Shown: positions 28,255 through 44,688, numbered from the stretch's first letter. The stretch is DNA of 64,000 nt from an uncultured Nitrospiraceae bacterium (GCA_963705105.1 CAVPIW010000006.1:32001-96000), one strand, 5' to 3'. The notes: generated by a model not told the origin, from the letters alone. Translations and numbers: made by a program.

Positions 28255-30767
28255 TTAAATTGTTACACTCCGAAAAGAAAGAGTTTGCACTCGAGCCCGC
28301 CGCCGCACCGCCGCTCCGCAAAGGCCGCCAGCGCCGCCGCGGCCGCCGCGGCGTCGTCGCCGCCCCGCACGCCGCCGGGACGCAGGAGGAGGTTCAGGGA
28401 GCGGGAGCCGCAGCGCGACGCGCAGGCCCAGGTGCCGCCCGAAGCAGCGGAAGCGAAGGGGGGAGGAGGCGAGCGGCGTCGCTGCCGTCGTCGCCACCGT
28501 CGTCGCCGCAGCTGCCTTCCCTCCTCCTCCTCCTCCTCCTCCTCCTCCGCCGCCGCCGCCAGCGGGCCTTATCAGCACCTCCGCGTCGCCGGCCTCCCCC
28601 TCCCACCCGAGTCCCTCGCTCGCCGCGGCCCCAAGCGCCGCCTCCTGCTGCGTCAGCGTGCGGGTTGCGAACCCGAGGCCTGCGAGGGCGCTCGACGCCG
28701 CCGAAGCCGCCGCCGGGGTCGAAGGCGTCGGCCTTGGCCGAGGGGCTCGCCCATCCGAGCCCCCCCGCGAGGTCCTGAAGGCGGTAGCGGGCGCCTCGGA
28801 CGTGGCCCCCGGGGCCCAGCGTCGCCGCGGCGTCGAGGGGGTCGGCGGTCGGTCGCCGAGGGCGGAAGGAGAAGGAGGGGAGGCGGCGGCGGCGGCGGCG
28901 TCGGCGGCGGCGGCGGCTGGCAGCGCGGCGAGCGCGGAAAAGGCGCCCCGCGCCAGCGCCGAAGACAAAGCTGCTCTGCCGCCGTCATCGTCGCCGCCGT
29001 GCCCCTCGAGGAAGAGGAGGGCGCGGTAAGGGGCCGCGAGAGAACGCCGGCGGCGGAAGGGCGGAAGCGAGGAGGAGGAAGAAATGTTTTCGAAGGCGAG
29101 AGAGAGAGGCGTGGAGCGTCGCTGCGGGGACCAGCGCTGGCGTCGCGACGACCCTCGCCTTGCTCTCCCCTCCCTCCTTCCCTCCCCCTCCGCCTCGGAG
29201 CCAGACCCGAAGGGGACGGACGGCAGCGGCAGCAGCGGGAGAGGACTCGGGAGCAGCGGCGACGACTCCCAGGAGAGAGAGCGGGTCCGCGGGGTCGAGC
29301 GGGAGCCAGCGCGTGGGGGTGGCAAGCGCCGGGCGAGGAGGGAGGAGGGCGAGCTGTTGCTGTTGCCGCTGCCGCCGCCGCTGCCCGTCGCTCCTCGTCG
29401 TGCTCTTCTCCTTCTCTCTTCCTCTTCTCCTCCCTCTCCCTCTCGCTCTCCTGCTCCCTCCTCTTCGATCTTCTTTCTTCTTCCGCGAGAAAAGCCCTGA
29501 GAAGCGCGTCGCGACGTCAGAGGCCGCCCTGGACGCGGCGTCAGCGGCGGAGGAGAGCACGGAGGAAGAGGAGAGGAGGAGGAAGCGGCGCCGCCGGAGG
29601 AGGAGTTCCGCTCCCGGCGGCAGCGGGCGGCGAAGGGCGGGCCCAGCGCGGCCAACAGCGCCACCGCCGCCGCGTCCAAGGGCGGCAGGTTCGTCCAGAG
29701 CAGTCCCGAGTCGGCGTCTCCTCCCTTGGGGCACCGCGAGATCCAGACGCCGAAAGCGGAGAGAGGGAGGGGGAGAAGAAGGAGAAGGAGGGAGAAGAAG
29801 AGAGTCTGCGTTTAAATTTCCCTCAAAGTCGTCGAGGAGCGCCGCGCCGGCCGAGGCCGCCGCGGCGGCGAGCCTGGGGCCCGTCGCCGCCGCGGCGCGC
29901 GCGCACGAGGCCGGCCCGGGCCTGAAAGCTCCCTCCAGGGCCGCGAGGGAGAGCAGAGGGCTGATGCGCTGCCGCCGCTGCCGCCGCCGCTGCTGCTGCC
30001 CGCGCCGCGCCGGCGCCGGCGCCCGAAGAGGGCGGCGCCCAGCGAGGCGACGGGACCCGCCAGCGCCGCCCGGGCCGCGAGCGGCGCGCCTCCGGTTCCG
30101 TCGCTCCCCTGCTCCTGCGCCTTCTCCTTCTCCTTCTCCTTCTTTATCTTTCGGCGGCTGCAGCAGCAGCTTCTCCACGGGGCCCGTCAGAAGGGAGGCG
30201 ACGTTGGCCGCGGCTGCCGCGGCCGGCCCTGAAGCGAGGCGTCTGTCGGGGAGGACTGGCCGATCCAGGCGGCGTCGGCTATCTGTTTTTTGATGGGGGG
30301 GGGGGTCGAGTTTTTTCTTTTTGGCCGTGAGTTTTTCATCAATCAAAATGGCAAAAACTTGGTCTCTTTTCTTCTCTTTCTCGCGCGCTATCTCTCCTCT
30401 GTCTCCTACCAGAAGCCACCACACCCCGGGGCTCGCCCGATGCATGACCCAGCGGGACTGCTCGAGGTGGACAGCGAAGCCCCGCTCTAGAGGGCGGGAC
30501 GGCCGACCGAGAAGATTGGCATCGACGTTGCCTTTGGCGTCGACTTCATCGGTTTCGTCGTCGTCGCCATCGTCGTCGCCGTCGTCGTCGCTCCTCCGAT
30601 CGCCTTCCCACGCGGCCCCGTACGCGATGAGCCCCCCGGCGAGCCCGACGACCGCCCTTGTCGATGAGGCGGACGCGCAGGAGGGTACGACGCGAGCAGC
30701 TTCTGCCCGTCGTCTCCCTCCCGCGGCGCCGAGGCGGGAATCGAAGACGATCAGGCGGGCACGACAT
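28255..30767 (-). CDS. CCZ1: CCZ1-like vacuolar fusion protein (Mon1-Ccz1 Rab7 GEF subunit); 3' end approximate
   Basis: After frameshift correction the N-terminus reads MSCRLIVFDSRLG..EGDDGQKLLASYP..AVVGLAGGLIAY..SRWVMHRASPGVWWLLV, matching the recalled first longin domain of plant CCZ1 (FCVFD..EGQELDKILFFYP..SVIGLSEGLITF..EPDIWMVMV). A later AEVLIRP resembles the third-longin motif. Confidence 0.7.
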
Positions 30768-30895
30768 GAGGGTGTGGTGGTGCTTTTTTTCTTCTCCCTC
30801 GTCGACTGCGGTTTTTTTTCGACAACATTTTTTCACTCTTTTGTCCCTTCAATTCTCTTTCTGCATCCCCCGTTCGTCACCCCCCAACTGGCGAT

Positions 30896-31803
30896 ATGAG
30901 CCTCGCTCTGCTCTCTCCTTCCGCTGCTGCAGCCGCGGCGGCAGCGCGCGCGGTCCCTCTACGAGCGTGCGCGCAGCCTAACAGGGAACCCGCGAGGGCG
31001 ACAGCCACCGGCGATGTAGCCGTCGCCGCGAGCAGCGGCGGCGGCGAGGACGGCGACGGCTAGCCTCCTTCGCGCCGCCGACCCGGACTCTCCGCGAGGA
31101 CTCGCCGCCGCCGCCGCCGCCACCGCCGCCGCCGCCGGGGGGGGACGCCTCGCCGAGCGAGGGGACATGGTGACCGTCCACTACACTCTGTACGAGGAGG
31201 TCCTCGATGACTCCGGCCCCTCTTCTGCTTCTTCTGCTTCTTCTTCTTCTCCCCCAGCAGAGGGCGGCGCGCCGGCGCCAGTGGCGGCGGAGAGGCCTCG
31301 CCCCCTCCTCCCCCTGCCCCCGCCACCGCCGTCGTCGTCGAGGACCCGGCCAAGAAGAAGAAATACCGGGTCCTCGACTCTTCCAGGGAGGGCGACGGCC
31401 GCGGAGAGCCGCTGACCTTTGAGGTCGGCGCCGGGGACGTCTTTGGGAACGAGCTGTTCCAAGCGTTTGACGAGGTCGTCAGGGGCCGCGCCGCGGGGGA
31501 GAGCGTGCGCCTCTCGTGCCCCAGCCCCCCCGCGTGGGACCCGGAGCTCCTCTTCAGGGTCCCGGGCGACCACCCCGAGGTGGAGAGGATGCGCGGGAGG
31601 TACAAGAACGTCGGCGGCCTGGCCGAGGGCCTCGTCGTCGAGCTGTCCAACGGGAAGAGGGCGGTGGTCGTCGCCGTGAGCGAGGAGGAGGTCACGCTCG
31701 ACGCCAACGAGATGCTGGCAGGTGGCGGCGGAGGGGAAGGGTGTTTGAGCTGGAGCTCGTGAGGGTGGAGGAAGGGAAGAAGAAAGAGCAGGGGGAGGAG
31801 TGA
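30896..31803 (+). CDS. FKBP-type peptidyl-prolyl isomerase of SlyD/SlpA (insert-in-flap) type, probably plastid-targeted
   Basis: Ala/Ser/Arg-rich leader; AERGDMVTVHYT, VLDSS..EPLTFEVGAG..FQAFDEVV, GLVVELSNGKRAVVVAVSEEEVTLDANEMLAG..FELELVRV. Confidence 0.8.
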
Positions 31804-31898
31804 AGCGGTGGAGGAATGTGTTGCCTTGCTCGTTTTTTTTTCAGGTCGTTGCTCAGATTTTACAAGTGGGTTTGCGTTTGCGCTTCTCTTTCTCCTTT

Positions 31899-34830
31899 CT
31901 ACGCTGCTGCTCCTGTCCCGGGCCGCACCAGAAGCAGCAGCAGCAGAAGCGGCGGAGCAGCAGCCCACCACGAGTGCCAGGCCGCCGCCTGCTGCCACCG
32001 CTCGCTCCTGCGCGCCCACGCGTCCCACTCGAGCTCGTAGTAGCGGCGCAGCAGCGCCGCCGGGACCGCGACGAGCGGCTCGTTCGCCCCTGCTCCCGCC
32101 CTCGCTCCCGCTCCTCCTCTGCCGGCTGCCGCCCTCTCCTCCTCGGAAGAAGAAGGAGAAGGGGAAGAAGAGGTATGGTCTGCGGCAAGAACTCCGGGGG
32201 GACCATGACGGAGCAGGCGGGGCAAGGGACGGGGCGGGGGAGGAGCGCGGAGGAGGGGAGGGGGGGAGACGGCGGCGGGGGCGGGGGGGGGGGCGGCGCC
32301 GCCGCCGCCGCGCCGCCGCCTCTTGCTCCCTTCCTTCCCCGTCCTCTTCTCCTCTTCCCCCTCCTCTTCTTCTTCCTCTTCGCTCTCTTCCTCTTCGCTC
32401 CTCTTCCGCGGCCGCTGCGGCGTGCACAGCTCGGATCGCGGCCTCCAGCGCGTCGTCGTCGAGGTCGAACCCGTCGTCGTTGCGGCCGTGGGCGCGGAGG
32501 CGGCGGCGGAAGAGCGAGGAAGAAGGAGCGAGGGGGAGGAGGACAGAAGGAGGAGGCGGTCGAGCCTTGGCCGCCGCCTGCCGGCAAGGGAGTCTTCGGG
32601 GCGGAGCAGCGGCTGGCCGCGACGTCGGCCTCGACGACGACGACCGCCCGCCGCCGCGGCCGCCGCGGGGGCCGCCGTTCGCCAGAGCCGCCGGGAGCGG
32701 GACAGGAGAGGAGGAAGAGAAAAAGGCCTTCCGCCCGTCCCCCTCATCGCTCGGAGCTCCTCGGAGGAGTAGCGAAGCACGGGGAGGAGGAGGGAGGAGG
32801 ACGGGAGAGCCATGTCGCCGAGAGAAGCTGACGCCGCTGCCGCTGACGCCTCCGCCTTGTCTCTCCCTCTTCGCTTCTCTCTTCCCTCCTCTTCCTTCTC
32901 GGCCTCCTCCCTCAGCGAGACCATCTCGCCGTGCCTCCTCCTCTCCTCCGGCGTCGGCGGGGAGTACCTATAGGCCGCGGCGGGCAACGTAGGCGGCAGC
33001 CTCTGCGGCGCCGAGGGCGGCGCGCCGAGCGCGGTGAGCGCGCGCCGGAGCCGCGCGAGCTCGCCCGGGGACCCTTATCGGCGCCGGCCCCTTGCCCCCT
33101 TCGCCGCCGGTTCCCTCGCCGCCGTCGTCCTCGTCGTCGGTCGAGACGAGAGTGATGCAGGCCCCGCGCCCGCCAAACCTCCCGGCTCGCCCCGCGCGGT
33201 GCGCCAGGGTGGCGGCGCCCTCGGGGAGGGGGGGGAGGAAGCGGGAGGAGAGAAGGGGACGGAAACCTTCCGCTCGTCGTTGCCGCCGCCGCGAGCCGTC
33301 GTCGGGGTCGTCACTGCCCGCGTCCTCGTTCGCGCCGCCCGCGCTCCCCCGGCCCCCGCCTCTCCTCCTCCACTCCCGCGGGAGCCCGTCGGCGTTCACG
33401 ACGAGGTTCACCCTCTCCAGGTCCACGCCCCGCGCCCCGAGGTCCGTCGCGACGGCGACCCGCGCGCGAGAACGCGCGCAGCGCCGCGACAGCCTCCATC
33501 CGCCGCGGCTGCGGCAGCGCGCCGCTGAGCTCGACGGCGGGGAAGCCCGCGGCCGCCAGCGAGGCGGCGAGCGAGGCCGCGCGCGCTCGCGAGGAGACGA
33601 AGACCGCAGCCTGGCAGAAGGGCGCGGAGGAGAGGGCGGTGACGACGGCGGCGTCGCTCTGGCGCTGGGTCGGGACGGCGGGAGGAAGCGGAGAGGAGAG
33701 GAGGAGGTTATCGTTTTCGCTTTCGCTTCGGCCCTTTCTTCTTCTCGGGGGATTCGACGATCGGCAGGTAGTAGTGCGTCACGCCCTCGAGCGCCGGGCC
33801 CGCGCCGCGGGGAGGCGTCGACGCGCCGCGGGGAGCCACTTGCCATGAGCCTCGACGCGGCCTCCTCGCTGGCGGCGTCGAGCGTCGCAGAGAACGCCAT
33901 CACTTGAGGGTGCCGCAGCCCACCCTCCTCGCCGCCGCCGCCTCGGCCTCGACCCCTCTGGCCGCCGCCGCCGCCGCCGCCGGGGCAGCCGCAGGCCGAG
34001 GCGAGGAACGAGACGTCCACCGCCAGCGGGGCGCTCAGCAGGGCATCAGCCTCGTCGAGGACCAGCAGCGAGACGCCGGAGAGGTCGAGCGCCGGAACGG
34101 CGGCGGAGGACGCAGCGGAGCACTTGGACGCACCGCCGCTCGCGAGCGCGCGCGCCCTTCCCGGCGTCGCAGCGACAACCGCCAGCGGTCTCCGGCACCT
34201 CGCGATGTCGGCCGACAGCGGCAGCCCCCCTACGAAGGCCGCCACCGAGGGGCGCGGGGAAAGGGACGAAGAAGAGAGGGGAAAGCGGGAGAGCAGCGAG
34301 GAGACGACGTCGGCGGCCTGCAGCGCCACTTCCCTCGTCGGCGCGAGGATCAGCGCCCGGGGTGCCGAAGACAGAAGACAGAATTCGCCGCGTTCGCTGC
34401 CGCCGTCGCGGTCAGCACGGCCGGGACGCCGAACGCGGCCGTCTTGCCCGTGCCGGACCTGGCGCGCACGAGGAGGTCGGCGCCGGAGAGGGCGAGCGGG
34501 ATGGCCAAGGCCTTTGGAGAGAGAGAGTTTTTTCGAGGTCGAGGTTGATGAGGAAAACGAACGGCTAGAAGAACGACTGACATGGCAAATTGCAACCCTC
34601 TCTTTCTCTTTCTCTCTCTCTCCCCGCTTCTTTTCATTTCTCGTACCTGTACCGGCGAGGGCTCGATAAAACCGCAGTCCTCGAGCCCGCTGACGAGCCA
34701 AGAGGGCAAGGCGAGGTCGTCGAACGAGGCGACGGAAGACGAGAGACATCCGCTGTGCGGTGCCGGCGCTGGTATTGGAATCAGAGAGGTCGCCGCCGCC
34801 GCCGCCTTCTTCCTCGCCTCGCTCCTCCAT
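31899..34830 (-). CDS. DEAD-box RNA helicase, DDX20/Gemin3-like; 3' end approximate
   Basis: Q motif GFIEPSPVQ, ARSGTGKT, APTRE, GG, TPGR, LDEAD, SAT, ATDLGARGVDLERVNLVVN, HRAGRAGRFG. Confidence 0.85.
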
Positions 34831-35023
34831 CGTTACAAGCGAGGAGAGAAAAGAAGGAAGCAGGCGTAGGATCAAGGCCCTCGCTTTGGTCTCTTCTTCT
34901 TCTCGAGGGAGAGGAGTCGAGACGTTCCAAGCTGATGCCGGCGGGCATGCAGCAGCGAGAGAACGAAATCGAAAAATGAAAACTCCAAATTATCTCGTAG
35001 CTACAAGAAAAAAAAAACTCATT

Positions 35024-36089
35024 TCAGGCCCGCACGCAGATCAGCGTGTCCCCCCGCACGTCCCTCGCGATCCTCAGATCTCCCCCCACGACGACGGTGT
35101 CAAACCACCCTTTCCCAAACGGGGGCAGCGGCAGCGAGAACGCCGGGGCGCACTCGCCCGTCGCTTTGTTGATTTTAGCGACGTCGAGCCTCGCTCCCGA
35201 AAACTTGAAGTCGACCCTGCTCCCTGCCGTCTCCTTTTCTCCGCCGCCGTTCGATGGCCCGCGGGCCCTTGCGTCGGAGTAGACGATGAAGCTTCCTCCC
35301 GGAGGGAAGACGATCTCGTTGACGAGAGCCGGCGGGTCGCTTTCGGGGGCGTCGCCCTCGCCGCCGTCTGCGCCTGCATCGTCCGCGAGGGAGAGCGTTT
35401 GGAACACCTCGCCGACCTCCTGGACGCCGAAGAGCCGCTCCCCGTTAGCGATCACCCACAGGACCTCCTTCTCGCTGGTCCAGACCTGGGGAGTTTTCGT
35501 TTGGTTGGGTTTCGGTTGGTTTTATCGGTTGGTTGGTTTTGTTGGGGGGGGTTGAAGACGGAAGAGAAGGAAGAAGAGTTTGAAATATTTTCTTCTCGAA
35601 ACTTCGTCCCCCACCCCGAAATATGCTAGAAACCCTTCTCCTCGATGGCTCTCTCACCAGCTTCCACTTTCCGTCGATTCCCGCGGGGTTGTTCTCGAGG
35701 GGGAACAGCGCCGAGCGCGGCGCCGCGGCGTAGAGCTCGTCGATCGCGGCCTCCACTTCTTCGCGGCTCGGGCCCGAGGGGTTGGTGCCTCTGTCGGATT
35801 TCGAAATCAGATTCAAGAGCTTGGTTTTAGCTTTGGAGAGCCTGCCGCCGCTCCAGGAGAACTTGGGGAGGGAGAGGGACGGGAGGAGGAGCGCGGGGGC
35901 CTTCTTGGCTGCTGCGGAAGTCGAGGTCGAGGTAGAAGAAGACGGGCGGCGAGAGGGGATCGCCTCGGCAATTTTCTGCCTCGGCGCCCGAACGGTGCCG
36001 CCTCTGCTGCCAGCAATAGAAGCACCAGGAACAGACTCGAGCGCGCCAGGGCAGCAGCTGCGACTCCTGCTGCTCAAAACCGAAGACAT
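35024..36089 (-). CDS. Plastid lipid-associated protein / fibrillin (PAP_fibrillin)
   Basis: Transit-like leader; KTKLLNLISKSDRGT..EVEAAIDEL..IDGKWKL|VWTSEKEVLW..GEVFQT..NEIVFP..LPPFGKGWFDTV..LRIARDVRGDTLI. Confidence 0.85.
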
Positions 36090-37053
36090 TGCCTTGACGA
36101 GAGCAACTGGAGAAACGGAGAGAAACTAGAAGTAGAAAGAGTGGAGCTCAAGTATGTTTGCTCCCACAAAAAAACACAAAAAGCCGCCCTCACTCGCCAA
36201 TTTGGTTTAAGGTGAGAGAGAGCTTTTGCTCCGTTGTTAATTGTTTTTGTTTTCCTTTTCTAACTGCTCAAGGGACGATGCGAGGCGCGCTCTTTGCGTG
36301 AGCACGAAGAGGGGAGCGGAAACGAGACGAGACGAGCTGGGAGCGAGCGACAAAGAGCAGGAGAACCAGCCGGCCCATGAAGCACGCTTCGGCCTAAACG
36401 AAATAAGCCAGCCATTGTGATGAATCGTGCCTCTCCTCCCCCCCTCGCTCACTGGAACCGCTTCGTCGTGCCCATCTTCGCAGTCGGCGGTCGCACGCGT
36501 AACCCTGATCTCCGGTCACCGGATCGAAATTTGTGCCTCGGAGAGTTGCGCGAATGCGTCGCAGGGAAGAGTGCGAGCCCCCCCCGCGCGTGGTGCCCCT
36601 CGGACGGCGACCGTTGACGGCGAGACGATTCTCCGTCTGGGGGGGTCACTCAATTCTTCCTCGACGCCCGCGCGCGGCTTGCGTGCAGCGAATTCCTCTT
36701 CCTTTGGCCTGGAGAGTGAGGTGACCCCCTCCAGGCCGAGAACGCGGAATCGAAACGAAGAAAAGGCGTCTAATTCGAGCCCCAGAATTCGCGAGCGAAA
36801 AAGTTCGGGGGGGGGGGAGGGAGAGCCTGACGTTTCTCCCCTCGAAGCGTCTCTCAAGAAAGAGAGAGAAACACTCGACTGACGAGCCCCCCCCCCCCCC
36901 CCCGCTCTGTCCCCACTTCCTCTGCCCCTCCCTCCCACTTCCTCTGCCCCTCCCTCCCTCTTCATCCCCCCCCCCCCCCAAAAAAAAAAAAAGACAGCCC
37001 CCGGCTCTTCCGTCTCCAACTCTCCACACCCCCCAGTCAAGGAACCCGCCCCA

Positions 37054-38090
37054 ATGGAGTCCGTCGAGGCCGCCCTCGACTCCGCGCGCGACGCGGTGTC
37101 TGACCTCGCCGACGGCGCCTCGGGCTGGTGGGGTGACCGCGTCGACGAGGTGCGCTCCAAGCTCGAGGAGCGCCGAGGCGGCAAGGGCGCCGACAGCAGC
37201 AGCAGAGGAGGGAAGCGACGCAGCGGCAGCAGCAAGAAGGAGTCGTCGCCGCAGGAGGGGGCCAACACGGGAGAAGGGGCCTGCCCGTGGTGCCTCTGCT
37301 GCTCGCCGCCGCGCGGCCGCGGTCGGCTTCGCGGCGCACGACGAGACCGCGCGTCAAGGAGTCCGACCTGGAGAGGATCCCGCACGTGGGCGGATACCTG
37401 GCCTCGGGGCTGCGCACCCTCAGGGCCAAGCTGAGGGAGCTGCGGAGCGGGAGGAGGACCGGCGGCGGCGGAGGCTTCTTCTCGCTCGGTGCCTCCTCGT
37501 CTTCTCCTCCGCCGGCCAAGGCCGCCGCCGCGGCGGCGCTCGAGCGCTCCAAGTCCGCCGCCGCAAGGCCAAGGCCGACGCCGAGGCCGCCGCCGCGAAA
37601 GCCGCGAAGGACGCCGAGGCCGCCGCCGCGAAGCTGAAGGCGGAGGCGGAGAAGGTCGCGGCCGCCGCGGAAAAGGCCGCAAAGGACACCGCCGCCGCCA
37701 TCGAGAAGAAGGCCGCCGACGTCGAGAAGAAGGCGCCAACGTCAAGTCCGCCGTCTCCGAGGGGACCGCCGCCGCCAAGGCCAAGGCCGGCGAGGTGGCT
37801 TCGGCCGTCGAGGCTCGGGAGCCAAGGAGGTCGCGAAGGAGGCCTCGGAGGCCGTGAAGGCGCCAAGGGCGCTGAGGCGGGCGGCGCCAAAGAGGTGGCG
37901 GCGGCCGTCGACGACGCCGCGGCGGCGGTCGAAGGACGGCGCGGCAAAGCTGGCCTCCGAGGGCGCCGAGGCGGTCGAGAGGTCAAGGCCGAAGTCGGAG
38001 AAGGTCGCGACCAAGGTGTCGCAGGCTGCGAGCAAGTGGAGGAGAGACGTGTGGAGGTGGGGGGGGGAGAGAGAGAGAAAAAGAGGTTGA
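37054..38090 (+). CDS. Hypothetical protein with Ala/Lys/Glu-rich (LEA-like) C-terminal region; may have an upstream exon
   Basis: MESVEAALDSARDAVSDLADGASGWWGDRVDEVRSKL..., then KAAKDAEAAAAKLKAEAEKVAAAAEKAAKD-type repeats across shifted frames. Confidence 0.5.
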
Positions 38091-38533
38091 GAGAGGGAGT
38101 TTTTTTTTTCCCTTTGAGCGCGCGCGAGAGAGATAAAAGAGAGAGAGAGAGATTTTTCAGTTTCTTCTTCTTCAATATTCTTCTTCTTCTTTTACCGTCG
38201 GGGTCCGTTACTAGAATCCGTCGAGGGGGGGGGGCTTTGAGAGGTCTGTTTTGGTTGTTTCCTTCGAGACGAGAGAGAAAGAGACAGAGATATTTCCTTC
38301 TTTTTTTTAAAAAACAAAACAACAACAAAAATAAAAACGCTTTCCACTGTTCTTTCTCTTTTCACACTGTTTTCTCTCTCCTTCTCTTTCTCTTTCCTTC
38401 TCTTTCTCTCGCGCATCCCCCCTGAAAACGCTCCCTGGATTACGAATCACCGTTGCCTCGCTACGGAGAGCTCTTGAGCTCTCTAAAAACTTAAACACAG
38501 AACGTCTCCCTCCCTCTCTCTCTCCCTATCTCT

Positions 38534-41436
<2,903 letters not shown>

Positions 41437-41663
41437 GACGTCGAAAAAAAGGAACCGTGAGAAAGAAGGAGAGAGCGGAGGAGGAAGAGGAAGAAAAGAG
41501 TCTTCGAGACAAGCCAATCGAATTTTCGAGCTCAAGCCTCCTTCTCGACCGTCAATGTTTATTTTTGAGAGAGAGTCGAAGAACGAGAAGAAAACCAGCA
41601 CAATCCCTTTTTTCAAACTCTCTCTCTGTCCTTCGGCCTTCGGTTCTCCTCGTCCCAAAAACG

Positions 41664-44102
41664 ATGATCTCCCTCCGCTCCTCCGCGGGCGTGCGCGTCG
41701 CCCCCGCGGTCTCATCGTCGTTGTCGTCGTCGCGCGCGGCGATCGCCCCCCGCTCCGCCGCTCCTGCTCCTTTGTCGGTGATGTCGGCGTCTCCCGCGTT
41801 TCGTCGTCGTCGCGCCGATCGCTCAAGTCCCTGGCCCCTCGCGCTGCGGCCGGGAGCCCTCCCGCGTTCGGCGCCTACGGTGAGTCGTGATCGTTTCTTT
41901 CGCATCGAGAGCGAGAGAGCGCCGCAGAGTGGATGAAAAGGGGATGTGAAGGAAGCGTGGAGGGAAATTGCCCCGCTGTTGGACGAACGACGGTGCCATT
42001 TTTTTCTGTTTTTTTGACGCCAGTGCTCATTCTCGTCTCTCCCTTTCAACAACTCCTCCCCGCCACCAACCACTACAGGCGGCGACGCCCGCATCAAGGT
42101 CATCGGTGTCGGCGGCGGCGGCGGTAACGCCGTCAACCGCATGGTCAACTCGGGCCTGCAGGTGAGGAGAAGAAGAAGAAGAGAGAGAGAGAGAGAGAGA
42201 GACGGAACGAGACACGCCGGTCGATCACGACGAGAGTTTTTTCTTTGACGGGCGAAATTCGAAAAGAAGAAAAACTCGACCTCGACCTCCCCTCCTCACC
42301 TCTCCCTTCAAAAAAAAAACATCTCGACAAATCCAGGGCGTCGAGTTCTGGGCCGTCAACACCGACGCCCAGGCCCTCGAGTCCAGCTCCTGCCTCAACA
42401 AGCTCCAGCTGGGCGCCGAGCTCACCCGCGGCCTCGGCACGGGCGGGGACCCCTCCCTCGGCGCGGCGGCCGCGCAGGAGTCGGCCGCCGACGTCGCGCG
42501 GGCCGTCGCCGGCGCCGACCTCGTCTTCATCACGGCGGGGATGGGCGGCGGGACGGGCACGGGCGCTGCCCCTGCGGTGGCCAAGGCCGCGAAAGAGGCG
42601 GGGGCCCTGACGGTGCGATGAGAGAGAAAGAGGGAGTTGGAGCGGGGGGGGGGGGGGGGGGGGACCTCTTTCTTGTTCCCATCTCCGAGAGGGCCGCACG
42701 CGGACTCTCCAAGAAAAGACGGAGAAGGCGACCGCCCCTCTCCGACTCTCCTCACGCATCCGCCTCTCTCCTCCTTTTCCCCTCTTCCTGCGAACCCAAA
42801 AAAACAACAAAACCGTCAAAAGGTCGGCGTCGTCACCTACCCCTTCTCCTTCGAGGGCCGCCGCCGCGGCGGCGCCGCCGCAGACGGCGTCGAGACGCTC
42901 CGCAAGGCGGTCGACACCCTGATCGTCATCCCCAACGACCGGTAAGAATGAGGTCTTTGATGGCGCTCTCTTTCTCGCTCTTCCTCGTTTCTTCGGTTCG
43001 CTTTCGTATAGGAATGAGATTTTTCCTGTCCGAGAGAGAAAGCGCGGCAAGAGGGAGTCCAGAGAGCTCCAACCCATCGTCGGAAAAAGCGACCTCCGAA
43101 AAACTGACCTCGAACAAAAAAACGACCTCGGAATATTTTTAAAACACTAGCCTCCTCGGCGTCGTCGGGGACGCGACCCCGCTCTCGGACGCGTTCCTGC
43201 TCGCGGACGACGTCCTGCGCCAGGGCGTGCAGGGCATCTCGGACATCATCACCATCCCGGGGCTGGTGAGTCCTTGAAATTCGTTTCTCTTCTTTCCTTT
43301 CTTTTGTCTCTGTTCTTTTTCTCGTACCAAGGTCTCTCGAGGTTGGAAAAAAAAAGCAAAAAAAAACAAAAACTCATCTTTTTCTCTCTGCTCTCTTTCT
43401 CTCTCTCCCCTTTCCAAACAGGTCAACGTCGACTTCGCCGACGTCAAGGCCATCATGCGCGACTCCGGCACTGCCATGCTCGGCGTCGGCGTCGCCAGCG
43501 GAAAGGGCCGCGCCCGCGAGGCCGCCGACGCCGCCACGTCCGCGCCCCTGATCGAGCGCTCCATCGAGCGCGCGACGGGCGTGGTGTACAACATCACGGG
43601 CGGCAGGGACATGACGCTGGCAGAGGTGAACGAGGTGTCGCAGGTCGTGTCGTCGCTCGCGGACCCGAGTGCCAACGTCATCTTCGGCGCGGTGAGGAGT
43701 TCTTTTTTTAACCCGTTCGGGTTTTTTTTTTCACGCTCTTTTTCACGGATCGTCTCTCTCGGGAGCAAATGACACTTCTCGGCGCCGCTCCTTCTCACCG
43801 CCGCATTCCCCTCCTCTCCGCATGCCCCTCCTCTCCCTCAAAAAAACGGAACGACGGAAAAACGGCGACAACAGGTCGTCGACGACGCATACGAGGGCGA
43901 GCTGCACGTCACGATCGTCGCGACGGGCTTCCCGCCCTCCTTCGAGGACGCCCTCTTGGCCGACGGCGCCGCCAGCGCGACCAGCAGGAGCAAGAGGGTC
44001 TCCTCCTCCGCGGCCTCCTCGGCTGCTGCTCCCGAGGCTGCCGCCGGCGGCAAGGGCGGGAGGACCATCCAGGCCCCCCGCTCGTGGCAGGTGTGGGGCT
44101 GA
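41664..44102 (+). CDS. FtsZ1: Plastid division protein FtsZ (FtsZ1-like), nuclear-encoded, multi-exon
   Basis: Transit peptide; [62 protein letters not shown]. No FtsZ2-type C-terminal core peptide is evident. Confidence 0.93.
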
Positions 44103-44456
44103 GCTGGAAGTAAGCCGAAATTTTTTTTGGCTTTTTTCTCCCTCGCCTTGCGAAAAAAAGGGGAGGCCCCCAGCAGGTCGTCGCACGAGAGACAACACAA
44201 AAGAAGCACCGCGCCTCTCTCTCTCTCTCGTCCGTTCGTTCGTTTTGAGAGAGACGCGCGCGCGCGAGCGAGACACAGTTATATTGCTTTTCTAGGAAGG
44301 GAGAAAGGGAGAGAGTAGAAAAACGTTTTTTCTTCAATTCGGGGGGGGGGGGAAACGTGATGAAATAAAAAAAAGGCTCCGCTGTTTCAAAAAAATATTC
44401 AAAAACAAGAACGTCTCGTCGCGCGCCTCTCTCTTTCTCTGCCTCTTTCTTCGAGT

Positions 44457-44546
<90 letters not shown>

Positions 44547-44688
44547 TCCAAATCGGCGGCGGCGACAGAGCTCAAAAAAATGGCTTTGGAGAGGGAAAAG
44601 AAGAGCTCCAAAGAAATCCCCTCCTCGTTGCCGTTCTCGCGCTTGCGCCCCCGAGGTCGTAAAGGTTCCAGGAGAACGGGCATGGCGT

